Of a stretch of 64,000 nucleotides of DNA, positions 25,101 to 35,088 are shown piece after piece. This DNA is from Glycera tridactyla (taxonomy: Eukaryota). The DNA is taken from positions 81,654,001 through 81,718,000 of the forward strand of contig OZ286473.1 of NCBI GenBank assembly GCA_965644265.1, read 5' to 3'. A program made the translations under genes and the position numbers. Position 1 is the first letter of the stretch. Each line of letters starts with the position of its first letter. The notes beneath the pieces were generated by a model. The model was not told where the DNA came from, searched no databases, and saw only the letters and a list, made by a program, of their open reading frames with translations.

Positions 25101-26627
25101 CTATGGTAGGTATGATTTACATGAATGAAATATCGGGACCAGGACTTTAATGTCTGACCAATCAGATAAGAAGCACTAACAAACAGTTTCGACCAAACGG
25201 AGGCACCACAGAGGGTCAGTGCTATCACTATGGTATAACACAGATGTCATGTCAACTGTTACTTTCCTAGCACTGGAAGAAAGGAGTCAGACACTTTCGA
25301 ACCAGAAAAAGTGACAATGAGCGCAATAAGTTAATGGCTTGTCTCCACGAACAAACAACCAAGAAGGTGTAGGTGGGATACAAAATGGGCCCCGAGAAAT
25401 AGGTGTGGGGGAATGTATGTGATGCTGTATTGTATCAAGACTCGTGGAAAGAAATGTTGTGATCCACCAGGCAGTAAAAGCGTGAAGGTTTGGTGTGTAT
25501 GATATCCATGAATGTATCATTAACGACTGAAGAGTAATGAAGTATAATGTAGCAATGCATGGGGAAGAGATGTACATCGTAGATAAGGAGGGCAGATTCA
25601 AGACCGAGAAGGCAGAAAATATACATGAAGGGGCAGAAAGGTCTAGTCCTGTGAAATCTTGTGATAGCCGGTGATATAGGATTATTTTGACGATTTGTAA
25701 CTCGTCATATGTGGGCTGAGCTGGAGGGAGAAACAGACCTTTCTCGTGGTGTGGAACCTTGTCACAGTTGCAATATCGTTCCATTCGAAGACATTTGATG
25801 ATGAGTTACCATGTATTCAATTGTCATATTCACAACTCTCTCATACAAATAAACCCAATAATATATCCAAACAGAATGAATATCAGAGAACTTGTTTGCT
25901 ACCATTCACCATGGCTACAATGCAGCAGCATAAAATGTTTGAACGCTATCTTGAACAGCAACCAGGCCAAGCAGGACCATATCTGGGGAAAACAGCATGT
26001 ATCTAGAGGAAAAAATAGCTTCATTAGTTTCTCTCAGTAAGAATAAAGAAAATCATGGTTCCTCTGAATGTATCTTGGACTTCCATTATGCACAAGATGC
26101 CAAATTATCATGGGGTCATAATCATGAGGTCAGGTCGACATAAGGTGTATACCGAGTTATCTCACTTTGTCCATTTCTCACGTTCTTCATTACATGATAG
26201 TGATGTTATGTCTCCTTGTCACACATCTCCATGTATAATGTAGGCAATCGACATTTTACTTCTCGGCATGAGAAAAAGTCTGATGGGGATACTCCAGGAA
26301 GGTTTGAGTGACCAAAACTAACAAGTCACACCCATTCATATCCACTCAGTTCTTAAAAATGTCAGCTTACCTGAGTTTATTTATATTAATGGCAGTCAAT
26401 GGAGCAAACAATGATGGAATATGCTCAGTTTTCAATTCAATTTGTACATATACTGTCATCATGACTGATGTAATTTATTTCTGAATGGACTCACCATTGG
26501 GGATCATGATGGAAACCATGTCAAACAAGGACTTATAATAACGGGATTCTTCAGCAACAATACAAAACCATGCTAATATCCAAAAAGATAATGCAAATTC
26601 AATTTGGTGAATGGATTGAACACACAT
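5398..26627 (-). CDS. Spliced Cys-loop ligand-gated ion channel subunit gene (glycine receptor alpha-like / GABA-A / GluCl class); partial, 3' exons not found in window
   Basis: One spliced path (A1-B1-exon3-4b-exon5) reads ...SDASSLVDRLLHYYNRQEPPMKDRPTQVRLGIYVNSFYSISEQTMDYSVSMYLRQSWRDPRLAF...IWIPDTFFRNEKGANFHDVTLPNRLLRLNATGFLWYVTKISATLSCPMKLQKYPLDTQMCPMMFES. This contains loop D, loop A, loop E and the C-x13-C Cys-loop. All exons have AG/GT ends with compatible phases, and the 68/227-233/83-nt sizes match the conserved GABA-A/GlyR exon layout. Confidence 0.95.
10108..10170. repeat. (TA)n microsatellite
   Basis: Directly visible. Confidence 0.99.
13260..13492 (-). CDS. Loop D/A/E exon variant 4b, 233 nt, phase 0 to 2: DYSVSMYLRQSWRDPRLAFESPDGGNIVEIRMGIDKWRDIWIPDTFFRNEKGANFHDVTLPNRLLRLNATGFLWYVT(K)
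   Basis: Acceptor ttctttcactccgacag|G with upstream tactaat branch-like motif, donor AA|gtaagt; seen as the C-terminal part of ORF 13256..13933. Confidence 0.96.
14117..14343 (-). CDS. Loop D/A/E exon variant 4a, 227 nt, phase 0 to 2: DYSLNFYLRQAWRDPRLTFDPVDGVKEIKLEEGKWNEIWIPDTFFRNEKGASFHAITVPNRLLKLNATGHMWYVT(K)
   Basis: Acceptor ctctcttcttccactag|G, donor AA|gtaagt, open frame; paralog of 13260-13492 (about 49 identical residues by manual alignment). Missed by the ORF track. Confidence 0.95.
18153..18220 (-). CDS. 68-nt exon 3, phase 1 to 0: (D/N)RPTQVRLGIYVNSFYSISEQTM
   Basis: Acceptor aacttattttcag|AT, donor ATG|gtaagt; resembles GlyR FINSFGSIAETTM; single copy found. Confidence 0.95.
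20836..20921 (-). CDS. alpha1-helix exon variant B6, 86 nt, phase 2 to 1: FKSEMHRRVTNIHNRLLSGYAKRDPPTK
   Basis: Acceptor ttcggtttttgcttcacag|G, donor AAGG|gtagga; RLLSGYxKRxPP matches the pLGIC LLxGYDxRxRP motif. Confidence 0.88.
21163..21245 (-). CDS. alpha1-helix exon variant B5, 83 nt, phase 2 to 1: RLGRLGTVELIEWRLNKHYAKRDPPML
   Basis: Acceptor tttcttattttctccacag|A, donor TTAG|gtagga; shares YAKRDPP with B6. Confidence 0.85.
23478..23560 (-). CDS. Divergent alpha1-helix exon variant B4, 83 nt, phase 2 to 1: LFKNSRLFGVVTLLEIADQSFDCRSSP
   Basis: Acceptor ttctttcacttttcccacag|T, donor CCCA|gtgaga, open frame with the same phases as the other B exons; FDxRxxP motif. Confidence 0.65.
23856..23944 (-). 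CDS. Divergent alpha1-helix exon variant B3, 89 nt, phase 2 to 1: LPQNNSEKDTLPELFLKSHSKIILSPPSL
   Basis: Acceptor ctcttccttcag|A, donor TTGA|gtgagg, open frame; PP lies at the same distance from the donor as in B1, B2, B5 and B6. Confidence 0.55.
24292..24352 (-). CDS. N-terminal linker exon variant A2, 61 nt, phase 1 to 2: (G)VAFKLTENLQSESRSCKSN(R/S)
   Basis: Acceptor gtcttatttcttccag|GA, upstream aactaac branch motif, donor AACAG|gtaaat; phases bridge the signal exon and the B exons. Confidence 0.65.
24639..24706 (-). CDS. alpha1-helix exon variant B2, 68 nt (65 if the second AG is used), phase 2 to 1: SDANKIVDTLMHHYNRQEPPMK
   Basis: TACTAAC branch point at 24744-24750, acceptor cgag|AAG|T, donor AAAG|gtaaca; 56/68 nt identical to B1. 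Confidence 0.85.
24763..24830 (-). CDS. alpha1-helix exon variant B1, 68 nt (65 if the second AG is used), phase 2 to 1: SDASSLVDRLLHYYNRQEPPMK
   Basis: TACTAAC at 24866-24872, pyrimidine tract, donor AAAG|gtaatc; VDRLLxxYxxxxPP motif; visible in ORF 24701..24982. Confidence 0.88.
25008..25092 (-). CDS. N-terminal linker exon variant A1, 85 nt, phase 1 to 2: (G)GEVSLIVKKHIDFLQNKTDRKYKDRIH(V)
   Basis: Acceptor ccatagttattcag|GA, donor CATGT|gtgagt, open frame; same phases and the same GA start as A2. Confidence 0.6.
25910..26024 (-). CDS. Candidate signal-peptide exon S2, 115 nt, ends phase 1: MKLFFPLDTCCFPQIWSCLAWLLFKIAFKHFMLLHCSH(G)
   Basis: ATG-initiated open frame with a hydrophobic core, donor CATG|gtgaat, phase fits A1/A2. 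A pyrimidine-rich acceptor just upstream implies a further 5' exon. Confidence 0.5.
26495..26627 (-). CDS. Candidate signal-peptide exon S1, 133 nt, ends phase 1: MCVQSIHQIEFALSFWILAWFCIVAEESRYYKSLFDMVSIMIPN(G)
   Basis: Hydrophobic ALSFWILAWFCIVA followed by EES, strong donor AATG|gtgagt, phase fits A1/A2; shares LAW with S2. Confidence 0.45.
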
Positions 26628-29014
26628 GCATATTGCGCATAGTATCACTCTGCGATCAATAGATTGAAAGCACCATTCCGCTGCCTCCAAAAAATTGTAA
26701 GAATTTCACACCAAAATCTGAATACCCTGCATTATACTGAAACCAATGCAAAACAGAAATCAATGAGTGCACGATGAAGGGATAACCCCTCTATCAGGTG
26801 AAAAGGTCCCGCCAACCAATAAAAGTATCAGACAGACTTCTCGAAAACATGCATGGTTGGTTAATGAAATACATGGAGTTCCAAACCCATCGTACCCATG
26901 TCAAATGTATGATGAAATGAATACAATATTCCTGTTCACAAGATAGAAACCAGAAAGATCTGATTGTTCCCCAAAAATACGCCTCACTCAGAAAAGTAAA
27001 AAACACCTAGTCAATTAGTGGACTACTACGTGGGAACAAGTCATAAAATTGAAAGTTTGAGTCAAATCTGATACATATATTGCAACATGAACTATTGCTG
27101 CTAGTATGTATATATAACAATCAAAATGCCGAACATATATGCAACATGACATACATAATACCATAAGTTGCTCATGAATTGTTATAGCCCAGAAGTGAGA
27201 TATGAATATATTGATATGATGTTTTGTTGTTGAGGTTGATGTATGATAACATAGATGTAGATACAAATAGAACATACAATCAGTGCTGCTTGTCCCTCAT
27301 TTCCTCACAAAAGATGAACATCCGCTATCGTAAAATGAAGAAAGCAAATTGTTTTGAGATAGACTGATGTTGTAACCTGTGGTATGTTCAATCAATATTT
27401 CTGGCTTTGCCCATAGTCATAAATGTTGATTGAACACCAGGATGTAAAATCTCTGATATATAAGATACTTTCCCTGATGATTCTCTCTTTCATCTGCGAG
27501 GGGTTGGTCAAGAATTACTCTATGTCTTTGGGTAGGTCATTAGATAATTTTCTGGAAGTCTGTATGTTTACATATCGTCTGACTTTCATTTTTGTTTCTT
27601 CATAATAAGCAAATTAAAGATAATAAAATATGTAAATGTCCTTGTATGTGTGACTATCCCATCATATCTAAAAGAAACGAAGTGATGTTGGCAAGACACC
27701 ATCAATTGAATATTTCATCGAGGGTAGACCTTGCCAATCAGGCATTACTGGAATCACTGTAACTGATCGGTCAGGATTGAACTATTACCATTAGAGAATG
27801 GATCGGAAACTTTCATTATAGGGAGCAGAAAATGTGCCCTGTACACATTTCCTCTTATTCCACTCAACCGCAACAATAACTGTTGGGTGACAGCGACTAC
27901 CATGTAGGGGCCATGTAGGGTCTTATCCCAGACCAAGAATCGAATGAGAAATCGGCACCTCATGTTGCAGTTTTGCAATCATTGGAAGTTGCCGGCAAAT
28001 GCCACTTTTTGCAACTTTCAGAGCATGGAGTAGCTGGGATATGCCCTCATTCATAGTTGATTTCAGTCATTCTGTGGCCATTGAACCAAGGGTGAACCCA
28101 ACCAAATATGCCAACACTAGACTGGCTTTCTAGCAGTTGGAGTCTCCTGAACCTGGTCTGTGTACACAAATGCTACATAGTATATGCTGTGGGACAATCC
28201 TCGGGCAATTACAAGTGAAGATGAGTAGCAGTGCGGCTCAAACGATGTATGATCATGAATTATTGTTGACCTGTTGTACTTATAAGCAACTGCTATGAAC
28301 ATTTTCAATTACAAATATTTAACTTATTTTAATAGGCAACATCTCAATTGGGTGCATCGAATTCAATGGATATTGATCCGATTGAATTTTGAAGCACTTC
28401 TCCGGGCTAATTGGACATGACTTTGTTGCCTTTTGAACTCAAGAGGGCACTGCCAGCTTCATGCTTGGCCACTTATTAGGCAATCCTTAAGTAGGATATG
28501 GGAGGTATGACTGACCATAAGATATGACAGACTAAAACAATGAATCATTCCTATGTTTTTGCCGAAGAAATATTTGCAGACCAGAAAGAAATGCAGGTTA
28601 CCATAAACTTTTCTCGTATGTAATCCAAAGTCACTTCATCTGTCCCCTAGTGGCACTAGCTAATGGTCATGCTTAAAGGTGACCCTAATGAAATAGAGGA
28701 AAGCAGAATGATGCTGGTATCAATTAGGGTGCCAAAAAAGTGACTCCTTGGCCATGGTTCTCCCTACTATCAACTGCTTATATCTTCATAGAAGCTCTCA
28801 TGTGAGGCGCCTTTATCAGTATAGCCACTTTGTTGCATGATCTCTTTTGTACCATTTCTCTTGCAATTAACATTCAGGATGAAACATTCTTGTAGGAAGA
28901 AGAGACCTGGTATATCTCGTCGATGAGACCTCCCTCCAAGTTCCTCATATATTGAATCGCCTTGGCAACATTCAATAATAACACAGAATATATTACAGCG
29001 ATATTACTATAGTT

Positions 29015-29019
<5 letters not shown>

Positions 29020-29063
<44 letters not shown>
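29020..29063. repeat. (TA)n microsatellite
   Basis: Directly visible. Confidence 0.99.
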
Positions 29064-29068
<5 letters not shown>

Positions 29069-29789
29069 ACGTTGATGGGTCAACCATTTGTTCACAACAC
29101 TGAACAGTCACAAATATACACAGCTAGCTTATTTTAGCAGAGTTAGTTATCCAAGTTACAAAAGCAGGGGTCAGGGATCGATATAGTTGGTTAGTATGGA
29201 TTATATGTGTGGCTAAAAATATGGGTTTTCGTGTCACAAACCAAACAAGTCATATGCACTGCTCCGCAAGAGTTTGTGGCATCATGATCAAGTTTGAACT
29301 GGCGGCCGAATATCACAAACACCATAATTTCCCACATCCGCAAAATCATGGACAGCCTCTTGAAAAATGTGGTGTCATATATCTTTCTCTCAGGGAGACA
29401 TTATTGGCATAAGTCTAATAGGATCAAATCCAGATTTGAATTCATTCATGAAATGGCGTTGAAATCCAGATTTATGACAGAGTTAGTTCAGTGCATGTGG
29501 CATGGTATCTTGATTCATGCATGCAAAAAGAATGCTAAATGTCTAGCACCAGCCCCCTGGCAACAAATGATGTCCGCCATGATGCCAATGTGACGTCACA
29601 ATCATACTTCATGATGCTGTGCCTGTCACCTGCGATTTGTGAACTCTCACCAGATGGGATATACCAATCAGAATATGACCCCATATAAACCTGATGCATT
29701 CAATATCTATTCTTATCTGGTTGACGGTAATGTCCTTGGGACTGGCACCAAATATTTCATATTACGATGTGATGGAGAAATGAAAGTTG

Positions 29790-30089
29790 ATAACAATGGC
29801 AATGGCTGATATGGTGACGATAATGACAATGGCTACAGTTATGCTTGGTCTTGTTGATCACATTGACGATGAAGATGAAAAGGATGATGATCATGAGAGT
29901 AATTATAATGTAATTATATTATTTGTAATGGAAATTATGATGGTGACGACAAGGAAGACGATGATGAGAGCTGATTCGGATGGAAAGATTTGTGATAATC
30001 ATGATGATAATAATGACAATGAATTTGATAATGGTAATAATGATTATAATGTTATCATTATGAGCAATACGACTCAAATGATGATGATT

Positions 30090-30139
<50 letters not shown>
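29790..30139. repeat. GAT/AAT low-complexity tract ending in perfect (ATG)n at 30078-30139
   Basis: Directly visible; explains the poly-Met and poly-His ORFs. Confidence 0.95.
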
Positions 30140-30140
<1 letters not shown>

Positions 30141-33100
30141 GATCAAGTGATGCTTATTATACATCACCTAGACATTGGATGAATCCATTACAGACATATC
30201 CACAGGGAATATATTCGAAATGACCTTCAATTAGCTTTCTCTCTTGAATATTCTGACATTTATCATCCCTGCGTCTTGCAAGGTTGTGATGATGGAAAAT
30301 AGGCACTCAAAACAATACTCATATATGTATTCACTTCAGAAGTCCACTAACTGGAGGCATTGCTCAATGGGAAAGAGAGATTTGTACCACGAGGTTCATG
30401 CATATTACTAAAGACCTGAACCAGAACTCCATTCAGTTTTTATAGTTCGTACATCTTCCCATCCCAGCAAGTTCCATCCTCCATGTCCGTCCTAAAGTAT
30501 ATTACATTCAGAATCACATTCAGTCACTGAGCTTCGAAACACCACACATTATTGCCACAACGTTTGAGAAATAGCAATTATATACCACCAATTGAATTAG
30601 GAAGCAATTATCTCTCCTGATAATAATTTTACTGAGATTCGCTCTGTTTTCTGACTGTTCTATTCTCCACTTTACTGTCCTGTGTTTCAGCACCACACCA
30701 CCTACAATTTTTTCCATATTTGACCGTTCATGCTAGTGTGAAAAAGCCGATGAACATCCTCCTCCCCCTGGGACATTGAAGGATTGAATCATGAAATCAC
30801 TGACACCCATAAACAATAGATTTTTCCCGTCCAGGCCTGATATAGATGTTTCAAGTTCATTAGAATTCATGATTATTTCTAGTTTTGAATTGTACTACTC
30901 AGTTCTGCCATAATGCATCCGACACTGGCGCACAGGATCAGGCCATATGGATCAGGCCATATGGAGTGAAACTCTCACAATACCATGCCGCATTCAATGG
31001 CAAGATTCCAACCAGCACCGAATCAGCAATGGTGAGATAGTTCCGGATTGGTCAAAATCTGAAGGAGTTAGTTTAAAGAAAGGTGGAAGAATCACAATAT
31101 ATCTGTCTTGTCTAAATCTGACATACCTCATTCCTACATATATGAGATCTTGGACGAAACATCACCAGTCGTATCCATCGCATGTATCTCCACATCGGAT
31201 ACAGAATGGAAATGTCACTTTTACTGATATTTCTTGAGGTCTATGATTGCAACGACCATTTCAAGTGACTGGGATTGTTGTTTGAGGAGAATCGAGATGA
31301 AGAACAGCTTGCGGTTAAGATGAGCTCTTTGTTTCTCAGTATATCTATCAACCTCTTACTCTGGTTAACCCTTCATTAGTGTGCTCATTAATTGCTGAAA
31401 ATACACAGTTGAGCCAATCTTATCAGATTGCATGATTTGGTTATGGATCTAATGCCTTCCCTATGTGGCATGATGTATTAGTTAGGGCAAGCAAATATTC
31501 ATAAACACAATATACTTTCACAAATAGTGGCACACACAACAAAATGATAATCACGAAATGAAAAGACAAGGTGCATAAAAGGGGACTCTCCATTCAAGCC
31601 TGGACATTGAGATCAAATGTTGGAGGATCATTGTGTATTCTATCAATTTTCCATATTAAGCCTTCTTCTTTATACAAAGTGCAAGAAAATAAACCCAACA
31701 ATGATCCACCAGATACAATAAACTCCCATATTATCTGACTCCCCAGAAAGTATCGAATTTCCTAACAGGAATGAGTTATTCTGATGTTAGAGAGTATTGA
31801 ATTTCACATGATTCTATCCTGAATATCAATAATCCGATAGATGACGTATATACTTTATGAACTTTGAAATAAATTCGGCACCATTTTCTCTTTTCGACAT
31901 GTGCACCCCCAAAAGGGCATTTAGAACACATGTACACACTCATGAATCATCGGCCACCGTATTTGAGTAGAACGAGACGCACTTCGGATGCTCAGTATAT
32001 GGGAAAAAGGAAAACTCGGATCAAAAGACCTGATCCATCATATACATATTTTCCACTGATGAGGATTGTGCCTAACTATTATACAATCGTAAATGCCACT
32101 CACATAGTGGCTGAAAGGATCTATCTGGCATCAATGGATTGATGCAGTAATTTGTACACTATGTGACATGATCACTTTCTTTTCAGCCTGATGCCATTGC
32201 ATTCATTCCATGAATCCCCTTGAAACAACATATGACAATATTTGATCACATAACACAATCTCACGAATTCACCAAGGACGTGGGTTGGAACTGCTGGGAC
32301 TCAACAAGATATACAACTAATTTCGGATCTACAGCATCGCAATACCATGATAATTTCTTGAGCATCAAACAATGCTGGTGAAAATGTTCAGGTTTGTTTT
32401 CACAAAGGTAGTCACAATTCTATTTCTGTTCATGATTGCATGTATCATGACAATTGTCAAATGCGATCATCATGAAATGTTTACAAACAAACATCTTGAC
32501 GATAGCCATTTTGAAAGGAATCCCATCAATTATATCAATCGGTATTTTCTTTTGACTCATCCTTTAGCATATGCATGATATAGTGCGAGTATGGCCTTGT
32601 GCACCGATACTTTTCTAGAAAAAAATCAGGTTATCCATTTTGACAGTGGGAGAGACGCCCTCTAATACTGGATATCAGGAACAAATAGAGCTGCTGGTGA
32701 TTGAATCTACTCAATCTGGTTGTATTGAGCGCACTGACCAAAAAACAAAACTAAATTCCTGCGCCATATCTCAGCTTGCATAATATAGAAGTCATAATTC
32801 ATACTCTCACAACCATCGTTATTCCGTGAAATCACCTGCATCAGCAATAGTCCAAAGACATATTTGATTGCCTTTAGAATAGTGCATGCTACAAATGTTG
32901 GTCCTGATTCAGTCAGAATCATGCATGAAATGAAGTCATGAACCAGGCAAATGTATCACTGTTTGATGGGAACGTTCCAGGAGGAATCACGGAATGCCAC
33001 TCTGAGTGAATTATACATCACATGTATATTGAAATACACCAGTGCATACATGATGTGTGATGTGGATTACATTTGGTTATTCAATTTTGGTTTGGTGAGA

Positions 33101-35016
33101 ACTTAATCAGATCTCACGGACAGTGAATTCTCGATCTGATGATGAATGATCAAAAAACCACATTCAAATGAATCATATGCATCTCATTGTCAATATTGTC
33201 AACTTAACATCATGAAGCAAGACCACCAAATTGCCATATGATATGGTTTTGAGAAGAAGTAGATTCACCAGAATCATCATGTCAGGATAACACTGTTGTC
33301 ACGTCATTTTATATACTGAACAGGGTGCAAAACTAAAAACACCTTAATTCTATGATTCATTCTCATCGTAGGAAAATTAGAATCACTATGATGACATGTT
33401 ATTTGCCTTCTATGTTACATTTGAGCAATCACTAATATCACTGCATAACAATTGTCACCGCAACCTGATTGTCATGGTCAGGTTCAGCTATTCTTTTTCT
33501 AACAATGCATACATCCAGAGGGTGTCCAAACATTTTAGTAGCAATCACCCTATTCACTGTTCCATTGCTATGAGGGAATGCAGGTATTTTAGGGGTATTC
33601 AACATGGGAACAATCATAATGTTTTAGATGTGGTTCACTTTCTTGTGCGGTGATGTTGATAACAACAAAAAACTCTGGTGGTGATGGGGAAATGGGGTCA
33701 AGTAACCATGGCAACTCATACTGTACATAGTTAACCAACCTGGCTTCGATCTCTTCTGGAGTTTCAGGCCGCACACTGTTAAATATATAAAATCAGTGAG
33801 GTTATCATTCAGATCACATAACCAGCACCATTCGAGCATCATCGCCTAAGGTGAAAGATACAAGTTGAAATGATTTGCCAATTTCTATCTATGTCTCATA
33901 TCAAGTACTGATGATGATGAGGTGAATGAAGTGGGAGCAGCACTGACAAAATCGAATCAGAATTGTAATGATACTAACCAGATATCATTAGCAGAGCATG
34001 TTGATGGTATATGAGCTAATGAACTAATGGGAAGAAGGATATGAAGGTGTAAGCTGAATCATGTCGGGCCTGCAATGAGGGAGCTGCAGCAAAAATTGAC
34101 ACGGCTCCTACCGACGAAGATCGTTCAATCGAACTGGAGAAATCATCACTTGCAATAGATGGAAACCGAACATCTGATGCGAGCATCGTATTTTCCCACA
34201 CGTGTGCCCGTCCCCCAATGAAAAAAAATGGAAGCAAAAACCATATGGACGAACTATATGTGAATGAGCAGCACTGATTGTATGGTTGTATCCATGAAGA
34301 TCTATGTAGAATATAATATCAGTTTTGTTCAGCATTCTTCAAAGATATGTCAAAACAGGGTGTTTTTTTCACAGTCATTGCAAATCATGAGTTATCAGCA
34401 TAAATGATTGAAGTGAGCTGATCCATTGAACTTTGCTGTTGCTCTAGTCGAATGTTCATGGATTCATCTCAAATGATGACACACTCACTCTTCCAACAAC
34501 AAGAACTTCCATTCCATAAAATGATGAGGTATATTATGACAACTGGAATGAGATCCAATGAAGCTGTCATAAAATATATCTTGTAGCAGTAGCACCTTAA
34601 AGTGTATCACAGAGAACTTTCATGTTGCATGTCGCGTATTGAACTCATGGTGATGAAATATGATTCAGGATGTCTGATAAGCTCTTGATAACATTGGGTG
34701 AACGTTGATTATCGAATATTGACACTTCACTGTAGAATGCACCCATACTCACATTGGGCAAATTGAAAATTCCTTTGACTATTTGACAAATGGATATTTG
34801 AATAACCCAATCACAGGCCAACCTGAATGCAAGCACTATGTTAGTCGCGCGCGTAGACATTACCCATGAAAAGCAGCTGAATCACAGAAACGTAACTGTA
34901 CTGTCCTTTCACGTACATCACAGGCATTGGATCACATTTACTTGCAGCAAGAGTGAGCGTAGGTGGGACAGTCACCTTTCTGCAGCGAATTCAAGCTATA
35001 ACCAGCCTACTGTCAA

Positions 35017-35088
35017 ACACACACACACACACACACACACTCACACATATACACACTCATGCACACACACACACACACACACACACAC
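35017..35088. repeat. (AC)n microsatellite
   Basis: Directly visible. Confidence 0.98.

Noticed and set aside
25287-25784. 165-aa ORF between A1 and S2
   Set aside because: No recognisable domain; it reflects a pyrimidine-rich intron, and its splice sites do not give the needed phases.
33639-33775. 137-nt stop-free minus-strand segment with phase 2-to-1 splice-like ends
   Set aside because: It lies upstream of the signal exons, has a weak donor (gtgaac) and shows no recognisable pLGIC motif.
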